Positions 12,113 to 29,451 of a stretch of 64,000 nucleotides of DNA are shown piece by piece; the first letter of the stretch is position 1, and every line of letters begins with the position of its first letter. The notes under the pieces were generated by a model. It did not search any database, had not been told where the DNA came from, and saw only the letters and a program-made list of their open reading frames with translations. The stretch lies in NCBI GenBank assembly GCA_009914755.4, contig CP068257.2:40544001-40608000 (forward strand), read 5' to 3'. The position numbers and the translations under genes were made by a program. The DNA is from the human T2T-CHM13v2.0 reference genome, Homo sapiens.

Positions 12113-12800
12113 GGTGCAGGAAGAAATGGAGACAGAATCTTGCAGCCGCACATTTCAGAAAAGGCCATGGAGGATCGCATCACGAAGGCAAAAGCTGGTA
12201 TGCAGCAGGGAGATGAGGTCCGTGCGCAGGCAGAGGGGCACCTGCACCTGTGTTGGTTCTGAGAAGTGGAGGATGTGTGGCTGAATGAAGAATTACCCAG
12301 CAAACCATACGACGAGGAAGCCGTGTGTTGATGTTGTACCTTTTCATTAGAAAAAGAGAAAGCGTCCCATGTACACGTACGAGAGAACCAAGATCAAACG
12401 CGTCAGGTCATTTAATATAAACGAGATAAACAGAAGAATCAAAAACTCAATCCCGTGCCTGTCCAGGAGAGAGTCCTAAAGCTCTGTGACTGAGAGAGCT
12501 TGTAAAATGAAACGATGGGCGAAGAACGGATGGACAGCCTCAAACAGAAACGAAGCTGGGTTTATATCCTTAATGTCAGGTAAGGCTGAGTTCAGGGAGA
12601 AACACACCAACGAAGACCAGAATAGGTTCTTTAGAATAATAAAGAATGCAATTGACAACAGATATGTCCCAACTACAAATATTTATGTACCAAAAAGGTG
12701 CTTCACCATGCATAGGGTGAAAATTGTGGGAGATACAGTGAGGTACGTGTAGGGCCACGATACTAATAGGAGACTTTAAAGAAAATAACTGTTGTAATGT
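12112..12800 (+). mobile_element. LINE-derived remnant with an endonuclease-like ORF, plus orientation. It is unusually CpG-retaining and only distantly similar to human L1 ORF2.
   Basis: ORF 12486-12752 (..GFISLMSGKAEFREKHTNEDQNRFFRIIKNAIDNRYVPTTNIYVPK..) aligns loosely with L1 ORF2 ..AGVAILVSDKTDFKPTKIKRDKEGHYIMVKGSIQQEELTILNIYAPN... About 22 CpGs in 690 bp at ~42% GC. Confidence 0.4.
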
Positions 12801-14120
12801 ATTCAATTTCTTTTTGTATTTTCCCCAATATTTTACTATGAAAATGTTTTAAATACACAGAAAAGTTGAAAGAATTGTACAAGAAATGCCCACATGCCCT
12901 CCTCCTATGTCAGGGGTCAGCAAATTATAGCCCGTGGGCTAAAGCTCACCCACTACCCGTTATTATATGGGCTGCAAGCTAACAATGGTTTTTCTGTTCT
13001 TAAATGGTTAAAAAGTCAAAAGAAAAAATATGTTGGGACACATAAAAATTATATGAAATTCAACTTTCAACATCTACAAATGAAGTTGCATTTGTTTTAC
13101 AACAGAACCCAGGCACACTCATCATTTGCATAGTGACTATGGCTGGCTTCTAACAACAATGGAAGAAGAGTCGAGCCATCGTGACTGAGATTGTCTGGTC
13201 CATAAAATCTGCAATATGCATTCGGCCCTTTATAGGAAAGTGTACCAAACTCTTCCTAGATTCTAAAATGAACATTTTTCTATTATTGCTTTATCACATA
13301 TTTGCCAATTCCTCTGTCGACAAATCCACTGGTTTTTCGGATGCATTTTAAAGTAAGTTGTAGACACCAATGCACTTCACTTTGCAAGCGCTTCAGCATG
13401 CAGATCATTAATTGGAGTTCATTATGAGTTTATAATTCTTTTTTTAAATAAAATTTACAAACAGCAATGTGCATAACTTTTAAGTCTCATCCAAACCTCT
13501 CTCACAATGCAGAATGTTAGCCGAGAATCCCCTGTGACCTTTCCCAGGCACTATGGAACCACTAAGGCAACCACAGTGTTGAATTTTCTTCCCTGGGGAT
13601 GAGCTTTGCTGGCTCTAGACCTTCATATAAATGGAGTTGCACAGTCTGTACTCCTTTGTGTAAGATTTCTCTCACATGGCATGGTGTTCTGAGGATCACA
13701 CTGTTGCATGCAATGGTAGGCCAAGCCTTTGATGGATGAGTATTGTTCCACTGTACAAATGCACCATGGCTTGTCAGTTTGCTCTCCTGGTGACAGACAC
13801 ACAAGCTGAGTCCAGGATTTGCTTTGACTTGTCTTGGGTAAATATCTAAGAGTGGGAGGTTAACTCATGGGGCTGTTGCATATTTAATTTTATAAGATCC
13901 TGCTGGACATTTTTCCAAAGTGGCTGTGCCATTTTGCCTTCCAACGTGTGAGAGTTCTCATCATACTACATCTTTCCCAACAATTGGTGTTGCCATTCTT
14001 TCTAATTTTAGCCGTTCTGTTGTGATCTCTTTGTGGCTTATGGGTATTTTCCTGATGTTGATGATTTTTGCATGTGCTTTTTGGACATCATGTATCTTCC
14101 TTCGTAAAGTAAAAAGTTAG

Positions 14121-14406
14121 ATGGGCTCATGCCTGTAATCCCTGCACTTTAGGAGGCTGAGGTGGGTGGATCACCTGAGGTCAGGAGTTCGAGACCAGAC
14201 TGGCCAACATGGTGAAACCCCATCTCTACTAAAAATGCAAAAATTAGCTGGGCGTGGTGGCACACGCCTGTGATCCCAGCTACTCGGGAGGCTGAGGCAG
14301 GAGAATCTCTTGAACTTGGGAGGTGGAGGTTGCAGTGACCTGAGATCGCGCTACTGCCTGAGCGACAGAGCAAGACTCCATCTCAAAAAAAAAAAAAAAA
14401 AAAAAA
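14121..14406 (+). mobile_element. Alu SINE, slightly 5'-truncated, long A-tail
   Basis: GGCTCATGCCTGTAATCCCTGCACTTTAGGAGGCTGAGGTGGGTGGATCACCTGAGGTCAGGAGTTCGAGACC... then A25. TSD is AAAAAG(T/A)TTAGATGG. Confidence 0.92.
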
Positions 14407-14493
14407 GATTAGATGGATTCTTGTCATCTAAATGTTCTTGTGAACATTTGTGTATCAATATTTGTGGATTTGCTCACTGTGAACATTTGTGTA

Positions 14494-14560
14494 TTTGCTC
14501 ACAGATGAGTAAGACTAAGAATAATAGTCTTGAAACATTCATCTGTGAGCAAATACACAA
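14494..14560. repeat. Small perfect hairpin: 18-bp arms gtatttgctcacagatga / tcatctgtgagcaaatac with a ~30-nt loop
   Basis: Read directly from the sequence. The adjacent direct repeat gtgaacatttgtgtat appears twice. Confidence 0.8.
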
Positions 14561-17500
14561 AAAACAATACTGGAATAATCAGTGAATTGGTTAAAAATAA
14601 ACAGCTCTTTTTAAAAAATTAACTTTATTGAGATGTAATTTGCACATTCAACAATGCACCCGTTGTAAGTATACAGTTCAATGCATATGTCCTGAGGGAA
14701 GGTTTGAGGTTCCTTTTTCTTGTTCTCATATGGATCCCCTGTTGTTCCAGTACCATTTGTTGGAAAGACTATCCCTCCTTCCCCCATTCAATTACCTTAG
14801 CATTTTTTGTCAACAATTAATTGAGAGTATATTTCTGGACTCTCTGTCCTGTCCCATGAGTCTTTATGTCTATGTTTATATCCATACTACAATGTCCTGA
14901 TATAAGCCTTAAAAGTATGTAGTGGAAGTCTTCTAATTTTATTCATTTTCCAAAAAACTTTTGGCTGTTCTAGATCCTCTGCATTTCCATATTAAATTTT
15001 TGAGTCAGCTTATCAATTTCTACAAAAAAAGAATGCTAAGCTTTTTAAAGAGTTTTGCAGAATTAATGTTATTTCTGCCTAAAATGTTTAGTAGAATTCA
15101 CCAATGAAGCCATCTGGGGCTACAGTTTTCTTTGAGGAAAGCTTTTAACTACAAATTCAATTTCTTTAATAGATACAGGAATATTCAGGTTATTGATTTT
15201 TTTCTTGAGTGAGCTATGGTAGTTTGTGTTTTTCAAGAAATGTTTTTCAATTAACTTGTCAAATTTATTGGCATAAAGTTATTCATAATATTCCTTTATT
15301 AATCATTCTTTTAAAGTTTGTAGTATTTATAGTAATGTCCTCTTTATAATTTCTGATATTGGTGACTTCTGTCTTTTCTCTTTTTTAAAAATTTTTTTAT
15401 TTTCCTGTCTAGAGATGTATTAATTGTGTTGATCTTGTCAAGTAACTTGGTTTTATTTTCATTGATTTTTCTATTCCTTTTTTCTCTTCTGTTTCGTTGA
15501 TTTCCACCCTCAGGTTTATCATTTTCTTCCTTTCATAATTTGAGTTTAATTTGCTTTTTTCTTCCTTCTTGTGTTGCATATATGGATAATTGATTTGAGG
15601 CCTTCGTTCTTTTTTTTACATAAACATTTAATGCTATCAACTTCCCATTAAGTGCTACTTTAGCTGCATTTCACAAATTTTGATATGGTGTGATTTTATT
15701 TTCATTCAATTCAAAATATTTTCTAATTGCCTTTGTAATTTGTTCTTTAGCCTATGGGCTATTTAAATGTGTGTTATAATTTCCAAATACTTGACAGATT
15801 TTTCACATATTTTTCTCTTATTGATTCCTAGTTTAATTATCTTATGGTTAAAAAAGAAATACTACATAATTCGAACCACTTTATCTTTATTATGATTTGT
15901 TTAATGGCCTGGGATATGGTCTATCTTGGTAAGCATGCTACATGTACTTGGAAAGAATGTGTATTTATTTGTCAGTAGTTGGGTGGAGTGTCAGTAATTG
16001 TGAACTGGGCAAGCAGGTTGATAGTGGCTAGTACTTTGTTCCTGAGTAAGGAACATATTCTTACTAACTTCCTGTCTACTTGTTCTATCAATTACTGAGA
16101 AGAATGTTTAATTGCCAACTCTAATTGCTGATTTGTCTGTTCCTTCTTTGAGATCTGTCAGCTTTTCCTTTATGTATTTTTGGAGTTCTATAATTAAGTA
16201 CATTGACATTTAGAATTGTTATATCCTCATAATACATTTCTTCCTTTATCATTCTGAAATGTCCCTCCCTATCCCTGGTAATATTCCTTGTTCTAAAGTC
16301 TACTTTGCCTGATGTTAACATAGCTATGCCAGCTAATTTCATGCCTAGTATATGCATGGCATATTTTTTCTCATGTTTTTAATCTTTAATCTATCTGTGT
16401 CATTATGTGGATTTAAAGTCAGTTTCTTGTAGACAGCATAAATTTGGGCCCTGCTTTCTTGTCCAGTTTGACAGTCTTTGTCTTTTAATTGCAGTGCTTA
16501 GCCTGTTTATATGTGAGATAATTTGGGTGTGGTTGAGTTTAAGTCTACTATCTTGTAATTTGCTTCATTTGTCCCATCATTTACTTGTTTCTTTTTCCTT
16601 TTTTCCTCTCCTATTTTGATCAATTGAATATTCAGTATTTTTTTTAAATCATGGTAAAATACCCATAACCTAAAATTTAAATTGAGTGTTTTTTAGTGTT
16701 TCATTTTATCGCCAAAACTGGCTCGTTGGTTGTACTTTTTTTGTTATTTAGTGGTCGCTCTGTTGCTTTTTAGTATCAGGCTCTAGGGCATCTTCATTTG
16801 TCACAGGCCATCTCCAAATCACAGGACACCTCTTCCCCATGTAGTATAAGAACCTTACAACTATAACTGTGTACTTTCATTTCCCCACCCTCCCTTTGTA
16901 TTATTGTTTTCATACATTTTACTTTTACACATGTAGGATACACATGAGCCCTACAATACATTCCACATCATTTTTAAGCACTTCTTTTACGATCACAACT
17001 TAACAGAAAAGTAATTTTTAAATACAAATATCATTAACATAAGATGTCAAAATGACACAGCAACTACACGGCTTCTTCCTCTTGCTTCTAGAATGTACTG
17101 TTTGTACTTCAGTTGCAGCATTTTTATGCTGTTATTATTTATTTGTCTTTCTCTTGCATTAGACAATAAGGCCCTTGAGAGTAGAAACAATATCTATTCA
17201 TCTCGTAACTTTAGCACAATGCTTGGCACTTGGCGGGAGGTCAACAAATGTTGTACCATCACGGATTTCCTGACTGTCCAAGTGACTGACTGACTGAATG
17301 AAGGAATGATGAGCCTGCGGAAACACACATACCACACGCAGGTTGGGGCAGGCTCTAGCACACGCAACCAGATAAGCACCCGCCCCCTTGATAACTTTTA
17401 TGTGCGCCTCCTCCCCTCTGTCCTCACCTCTCAATGTTCAGCTTCTCATTTAAAATTTGGCAAGAGGAAAGAGGAAATCATGGACCATCAAAGAGTGCCT

Positions 17501-18169
17501 TAAAGAGAATAGACTTTTAAAAGTCACAAATAGGACTCAGGTGGACCCTAAGTTTGGCTGCCTGCCAGGAGCTGCTGAACGTGGCCCTGTTGGGTGCGTC
17601 ATTGTGTCTGGAGGCCTTGGGTGTGTCTGTATTGTGAACAAATGTGACTGTGGGTGAGGTCTGGAAACAGAGAGTGGGTCACTCTGGATCCGTGTTCTAG
17701 CTGGGCCTGGAAACTGTCCCAGAGCCCATGCTTGCTCCTGATCTCATTGGGCAAACTGAGACATCTTAGCAGCAGCACCAACTGCAAATCATTCTCTGCA
17801 ACTAAAGCGGAGCATTGAGTGCTTAATAATGTGGGTGTTAATTGTTTGGGATATAAAAATTTCATGCCTAGAGCTTTAAAGTTGTACCCCAAATGCTTTC
17901 TAAAGCGGTTGTGTGCCTCAGGAATAGTTAAAGCTGCCTCACAGTGTACAACAGTGTTCTCAGTTCTAAAAATGAGGATGTGGAAGTATTTCTCTTCTAG
18001 CATTTTGAGTTCAGAACAATGATAGCATTATGTTATACTTCACTCTGCTTTACTGACCTTTCTCTAATTTTTTAATCCTTGAATGTTGGAATGATTAGAA
18101 AAATGTTCACAACGTGCTTTAATAAAAGTTTCTACATAAATAAACAAAAAACCAAAAATAATAAAATAA

Positions 18170-18565
<396 letters not shown>

Positions 18566-18839
18566 TAACATTATTTAAAAAGCTAAAGAATTTTCTTTCA
18601 AATGTAAAATTAAAATTAAGTTCAACAGCCTTCCTGTTTCATTTATTGAGCACGGATTTCTTTTGCATTTTTGATGGGGAGAGGTGGGTTTTGTCATCCG
18701 TGACTCTGATAGAAGACCGATGGGGTGACTTGCTTGAAGGGAGGCAGGAAAGTCTCCGCCAAGTGATCAGCATTTGCTCTCAACGTGCTTCTGTGTTTCC
18801 CACACGTGTATGGATCGGACTCATGTAGAAATGCCTCCT

Positions 18840-19450
18840 GCCACTGCATCACGGAACCAGCAAGCCCTTGAAGGCCACGCGCCACGGCGCTTCAGGCGTT
18901 CTTTTGTAGCCCAGCGGCCTGCTGTGCAGTGATCCAAGTGGAGTCGCAGGTAGTAGCAGTGGGGCAGGGCTCATGGCTCTGCCTCTTACCACCTCCCCGT
19001 TGTTCTCCCGAGACTTGGGCAGTGGGCGGTGGAGAACCACTGACCTCGGCTACTGCCTTCATTTAAACAAGGGGAAACTGTGGCTCTGTGAGCTTCCGTG
19101 GCCTGCCAAGGTCCCATGCACCCCTCCCTCGACCCTTGCCGAGACAGAGCTGGCCTCGATGGGGGTCTTCTGACTCCTGGGCCAGCGTGGTCTCCCTTGC
19201 ACCCGCATTCTCGGAGAGGGCAGCAGTGGCGGTGTGGAGGAGAGGGCATGCCTTGAGAAGCGCCGGCACCTCTGAGCACGTGGGTGAGACCCCGGCCAGC
19301 TGAGCACAGGTGACCCGCTGAATTAGTGGCCAGGGCTGCCAGCATCCAGGGGGTGTTGGGACCCGGAACCTCTCTGAGCTTGAAGGCTAAGGCTAGGATC
19401 CCGCGAGTAAGCCTGTTCTCGGTCCATTTGGGCCCTGGCCAGTGTGGAGA
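18840..19450. other. Moderately CpG-rich, GC-rich segment. It could be a weak CpG-island-like region; there is no repeat signature.
   Basis: cacgcgccacggcgcttcaggcgtt..., gccgagacagagctggcctcgatgg..., gaagcgccggcacc... About 20 CpGs in 600 bp. Confidence 0.3.
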
Positions 19451-20896
19451 CGTGCCAGGTGTGATGGCACGGGAGAGGGGACCTCTCGTTTAGAGGTTGC
19501 CCAGGGAATGGCAGTGAGCCCAGGAGATCCTCCAAGGGGAATCGGGACAGGACTTTTTCCGCAGAAAACACCCCATGTGGCTCATCAAAGAGGAGAGGCA
19601 ACCCATCTGTTCCAGAACATTCCAGATCATCATTTAAGACCCCCAATGACTCTATCACAGAAGATAGGGTCAGTATCTCCTTTGCCTTTAAAGAGGTCAT
19701 CACCCCTAGAGCTTAGAGTTTTCTAGAAGTGTTCAGCCTGATTCAACCAATTCAAAAACTACTCTAAGAAAGCAAACCAGGTATTGTTTTAGAAGTTCCA
19801 TGAACTCTTCCAAAATGATCAGGTACCATTTAGTTAATGACTACTCTGGAGTATTTAATGACATTCCAGCACCTGAGAACGTTGGTTTCATCTCATAACA
19901 CTCGCTAAAATGTGTGTGGGTGGGAGAGAGAAGGAGAGAGACACAGAGAGCTAGTTTGGAGAAATAATGTATAAATGCAAAGGTTTCTCTACACCTCTAA
20001 AATGCTGCTCATTCCTCTCTCGGTGGCCTGAATTAACAGCCAGTTCTGTTTCTATTTTGGGGAATTATTAGCTGTAGTTTCTTTAAAATGCCGTTTATCA
20101 CTCCATTATGGTTAAAGGTTGTATTAGTCTGAGAAGCAGCCGCCTCAAACCGGCCTAAGCAAAACAGGGAGTCCCTTGGCTGACACAAATGGAAAGCCCA
20201 GAGTGCACCCAAGCGGCCCTTGGCCAGGCTTTAATGATGTCATTAGTCTCCCCCAGCCCCTTCCGATCCTCTTACCTTTCAAAGGTGCTTTCTGGGCCAG
20301 GCTGGAGAGGAGGCAGGTGGACCCTTGGGTTTCACATTCTCCTTGGTGCAACACATCAATGAAGGGAGAGAGCTTTTCCCATTGGCTCAGTGCTGGTCAG
20401 GAGAGAGTCTGATTGGTCCAGCCTGAGTCACGTGAGTGGGCTTAAACCAATACCATAGCCAGGAGGTGGGGTGCTCTGATTGGTCAGGTCTGGACCATAT
20501 GGTTGGCAAGATGTCAGCCCCATCTGGGCCAGGTGGAAACGATCCCTCTTGGGAAAAGGGGTTGGTTGACATCAGAAAGGCACGAAAGGGTACTGTACAC
20601 ACAAAACTCACCAGCCCCTGTTTTTCTGGCCCTTAGTTCATGTCTTAAATGACCTTAATCTTGACAGCCCTAGGAATAGCGCCAATGATACCCTCCTAAT
20701 CCTCCCTGGAACAAGGCTGGGTCTCAATACATAAATGTATAACTATATACTGTTTTATTTTAAAACCTCGTTGCCTGCTGTCTCTGTAGTTACTGCCTTG
20801 ATTGTGTTTAGCTTTTAGTCTGGCTTTATTTCTTCATATATAGGCCATTTGTTCTAGCAATATACATTTCAAACTCGATTTCAAGAATTCTGAGAG

Positions 20897-21264
<368 letters not shown>

Positions 21265-21700
21265 TTAGTGAAGTCATCCCTCAATGCCTCTAAGTAGTGA
21301 GTTTTTTAACACTGGAAGGTCTTGGCAATTTCTACTGTTCCACGTACTGTCCTTGGTTATTTGAATTGCTTAACAGACTGACCTTCAACCTGCCAGGAAT
21401 GCCTCCTGCAGAGGAGTCCCATGGATGTCCTTACTCTTCCTGGCAATGGCCTTAGAAATGTCAAACCATTTTCCCAGTGGCCCTCAAGCACTTCTCTGCA
21501 CCCCTTCACCCAAGCCACTTGCCTGCAAAGAAGCCTCCCGATCACTCCAACTTCCCTTCGAAGCTTCTCAGCTTCTTGGCTCCACGTGCTTTCTCTTGGC
21601 TACCATGTGGATTTTTAAAATCTGATTATTTTAGTAAGAAATGACCTCAGACCACAGTTTTGAAGTTGGCTTTATGAAGCACTAACAAACCACTTTAGAT

Positions 21701-21833
21701 CTTTAGGGTCAGGGAACCTAACCTTGCTCCTTTGCTCACTTGGCCATCGGCTGAGTGGCTTCTTCCCTACATACATCTGCAAGCGGATGGCCAAGTGAGC
21801 AAAGGAGCAAGGTTAGGTTCCCTGACTCTAAAG
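21701..21833. repeat. Long near-perfect hairpin palindrome: ~48-bp arms with 1 mismatch and a ~37-nt loop
   Basis: ctttagggtcagggaacctaaccttgctcctttgctcacttggccatc / loop ggctgagtggcttcttccctacatacatctgcaagcg / gatggccaagtgagcaaaggagcaaggttaggttccctgactctaaag. Confidence 0.9.
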
Positions 21834-22562
21834 ATTTAACCCCAATATAGACATGACACACTCCTCTCTTCCATCCAGAAGGTGTCCTGCTCCATCTGAC
21901 AGCAAGTTCTGTCTCCTTTGGGCTTCTGCAAAACATGGACATTTGATCAAACGCTGCTTAAATGTCGGCCATGTTTTGGATGCTCGAGTGGCCATGCGTG
22001 TTCGTGTGTCTGAGCGTGTGTGTGCAAGTGCACAGAACTTAGCTCCATTAATTAGCCTGTCAACCCGAGGTTGGAGACCAAGTTTTCCGGAGCTTTGGAT
22101 TCTGCACGGTGCCTTCCTAGCCAGCACTCAATAAACACTTTTAAATGAACTCAAGACCTGCTTCAAGATTTACAAAGGTGTTTTCCTTCTGTTCCACTCC
22201 CGGGTCTGCACCTTGCCCTCACAGATCTGAAGCTCACAGGACCTCCAGCACCAGCCTGCTCTTACACCCGCTCAGCTGCCAGAGCCTTCTGGGGGTTTTT
22301 GATGGCCACACAGTCACAGCGGGAGACAGGGCAGCTGCTTTGGTGTTTCTTTCTGGAACCTCAAAATGGTGCATGCTTTAAGATTGAAGATCTGAACATG
22401 CAAAACCCAACACTGAGGTATCAGTGCATGCCCTGGAAGAGCTGAGGCTCACCAGAGCCTTCCTGCCGGGCTGCCAATGCGCTTCCCAGAGCTGAAAAGG
22501 ATCACAAGGTGACTGGGGAGACATGATCGCCAAAGCCTAACCTCAAACTCACAGTGAAATAG

Positions 22563-22945
<383 letters not shown>

Positions 22946-23875
22946 TAAAAATCTTAGGGACACAAAACACGTGGGCAGGATTGGTGAGAAATCATTTAAA
23001 AGCAGCCCTTTACATGATTCAGCCCTTATAGGATGGAACAATCCAATTTGACTTCGTAGAAGCATGGATTTCCTCCAGCAAAACACATTTGGTTTCTTTT
23101 TGGAAAACAGGCCATTTTTAAGTGGTTGAAATGTTCTTGGAAACATTCTCACATGATTGCACTGAATACTTTGTGTTAGCATTAAAGCTAAAAATACACC
23201 CAGTGGTTTTTTTTTTTTTTTTTTTGTTCTTCTCCGCTTGTAATATTGACATCCCTTGTATCCACACACTCAAGGAGCTAACATTTGATGATTAGATTTT
23301 CCATTTGGATTAAACACTTTGGAAGTTTCTTTTTTATAAGTTATGAGAAAACAAACCATGAGATCATGAGAGTGAACAAAACGTGGACTTGTTAAAATGT
23401 CCAAATGCCATTAGAGATTGATCTTCTCACATGATTAATCTCCTTGTTTTGAGAGGCAGGGGTGCCTAATGGGCAGAACAGAGCCCTGGATGGAGCTGGG
23501 CACTGCCATGCACTGATTTTGTAATCTTGACCACCTGCGTCCTTTCCTTTACCCTTAAAAGGACCAGCTTACAGAGGATATGCATCCTCAAATTCACCCA
23601 ATGTCATGAACCTGCCCTCCAAAGTGGTTGTACCATGTTATTCTCCACCGAGAATGTGCTAGAAATCCTGTTATCTGCATGCTTGGGTACACTTGTTGTC
23701 GACAGGCTCAAAACGTCTAAACATGTGAATGAGTGTGACATGGTCTGTCATTGTTTTAAGTTACAGCTCCATGTTTACTGACAAATTTGAACATCTTTTT
23801 ATGTGTTTGGTGGATATCTGAGTTTCTTCTGTGAATTTTCTATTCATATCCATTGCATGTTTCAAATATCAGTTT

Positions 23876-24181
23876 TTTGTTTGGTTTGGTTTTGTTTTGT
23901 TTTGAGACAGGGTCTCTGTTGCCTATGCTACAGTGCAGTGGTGCAAACTTGGCTCACTACAGCCTCAACCTCCTGGGCTCAAGTGATCCTCCCACCCCAG
24001 CCTCTAGGGTAGCAGGGACTACAGGTGCAAGCCACCTCACCCAGGTGATTTTTGTATTTTTTGTACAGACTTGGTCTCACTTTATTGCCCAGGATGCTCT
24101 TGAACTCCTAGGCTCAAGCAATCCTCCAGCCTTGGCCTTCCAAAGTGCTGGGATTACAGGCGTAAACCACCATGCCTGGCC
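23876..24181 (-). mobile_element. Alu SINE on the minus strand, older and more diverged (AluJ-like)
   Basis: tttgtttggtttggttttgttttgagacagggtctctgttgcctatgctacagtgcagtggtgcaaacttggctcactacagcctcaacctcctgggctcaagtgatcc ... ggcgtaaaccaccatgcctggcc. Confidence 0.88.
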
Positions 24182-24199
24182 TGAATTTCTTATATAGTC

Positions 24200-27171
<2,972 letters not shown>

Positions 27172-28214
27172 CTAAACATGTGCTCCCTCTCCCCAGTTAT
27201 CTTTTGTGTTTAATTATTAATTGTGGATAAATAATAAAATGTTCATGAAACCAAATTTTTAACATTTTTTGGGTTTTGCTCTGTGTCCTGGAATTAGGTA
27301 AATTTTTGTAAATGTTCTGCTTGTGCCTGAAACATGCCTGTGTTCTCTCATGTCACAGATGCGGCTGGTGTCACCTATGTCTCTGGGGCTCTGTCATTTT
27401 GGGATGTTCTGTATAACTCGCAACTAGCAGTGACTGCATCTCTGTGTTAGAAGGCATTTCTGGAAATACGGAAGGCAGGGCAGGCCAGAAGTACTTGGGA
27501 ATTGACATTCCTAGGAAAAGCCATGAGACAGTGAGGATGAGAGCTGGGGAAAGGCCCTCTCCTGTCTACAGACATGTTTGTTTTACTGTCCTGGTGAACT
27601 GAAGCTTTGTCATTGAGTACTGACACTCTATTTATTGCTCATGGTTTTGCCTTACATTTATTTTTCTGATATTTACATGTATTCTTTGGTTAATGTTTTC
27701 TTGCTATTTCTCTTCTCTCTTTTTAGTTTTTTATATGGAAATGTCTAAACATAAAATAGAGAGCTTCGTGTAACAAACTACAATGATGCAGCTTCAAGAA
27801 TCAGCAGAAAACCAACTTTTGTATTTTAAACCTGTTTTTAAAGAACTAAGTTGGCTTTTGAATTTTCTCTCTTGGAGATGTTTTTCAAAGAACCAGACCA
27901 TTCATCCATTCTACCTATGTCTGATTTCTAACTCAGGGACTTCTACTTTTACCTATATTAATTCCTTCTTTTTACTTTTTTTTGCCAGGTATAAGGTTTG
28001 TTTTAAACTTCAATTATTCTACCCTTCATTTTCAAAATTTTTAATGTGATTCTCTTTTTATATCTTTTTTCTTTGTTTAATAATTTCTTCTGCTTCTTTT
28101 ACATTTGAATAATTTCTTCAGTATTTCCGCCAGAATGTCCTATAAAATTAATTCTATTTGATGTGAATGCATGCTTCTAATGTTTCCAATGCTAGTTTTG
28201 GGGATCGGTCATTT

Positions 28215-28700
<486 letters not shown>

Positions 28701-29254
28701 GTCTCCATGTGTTTTAGAATTGTGGTTTGCAAGCTCATGTTGCATGAGAACTTGAGTTTCTGTTTTTTTGTCCCCCAACCAAGGAGCAGCTCTGGGCCCC
28801 CTCTCTGCCAGCTCCCTCCCATCCCAAGGCTCACCTGGGCCAGCCTCCTTCTCCCTAGGGGCTGGGGCTTGTCTAGCAGAGTCTCAGCACTGCCATCTGT
28901 GAAACCCATCCCCTCCCTTGCCCACAGTGTCCTTGGCCAAGGAGCCCTAGCCCAGCCCAGCCCAGCCAGCGGCAGCAGCAGCTTTTTCTCAGTCACTTTC
29001 GCCAGCAGGGCTGGCCTGACCCCTGCCCTGCTTTAAGCAGGGAGCTGTCTCCATCCCCACCTCACTCCTGACCCTCCAGCACCTGCCTCCAGCCCCAGAG
29101 CCCAGCCAGCCATCCTCAGCCATGGGCATCCCAAACCTGGCTTTGGGTATGGATTTGTTCTTCTAGGTTTTATGTTTGAGGCAGCACCATGTCCCCACAC
29201 CACCCTGCCTATTCGTGAAGAGGTCTGGAGAGGTGGTGTGCCTGCACAGCATCA

Positions 29255-29450
29255 GGGACTGGTCAGCTGAGGGATGAGGGCTGGAATCCAGGCCTGCCGG
29301 CCCGACTCTCAGGGCACACATCACTCTGGCAGGGGACTTCATGACATTAAACAAATTAGGCAGACAAGTGTAAAAACATACAAACTATTCTGAGACTGCT
29401 TAGTAGATAAGCTATTCAAAGCCAATGGTTTATTAGAAGAGGGAAAAATA
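29255..29450 (+). repeat. Copy 2 of the local direct duplication, with no Alu, immediately upstream of the GT-rich repeat
   Basis: See 28215-28700. Identity is about 75-80% by eye. Confidence 0.8.
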
Positions 29451-29451
29451 T

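Larger units (their letters stand above)
12890..17290 (-). mobile_element. Ancient L1 (L1M-class), minus orientation, split by Alu 14121-14406. ORF2 antisense motifs on the + strand, with the 3' hairpin-type UTR motif near 12890-13260.
   Basis: The - strand ORF 16121-16357 (..LTSGKVDFRTRNITRDREGHFRMIKEEMYYEDITILNVNVLNY..) matches L1 ORF2 N-terminus. + strand 13900-14105 and 14590-16600 carry classic L1 antisense strings (gtggctgtgccattttgccttccaac..., gttgttccagtaccatttgttggaaagact...). Confidence 0.6.

Noticed and set aside
20090-20640. Stretch with repeated ctgattggtc / tgattggtcaggtctggacc motifs that felt like an old interspersed repeat, perhaps MaLR or MER-type
   Set aside because: I could not match it convincingly to a consensus from memory, so I left it unannotated. 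RepeatMasker would settle it.
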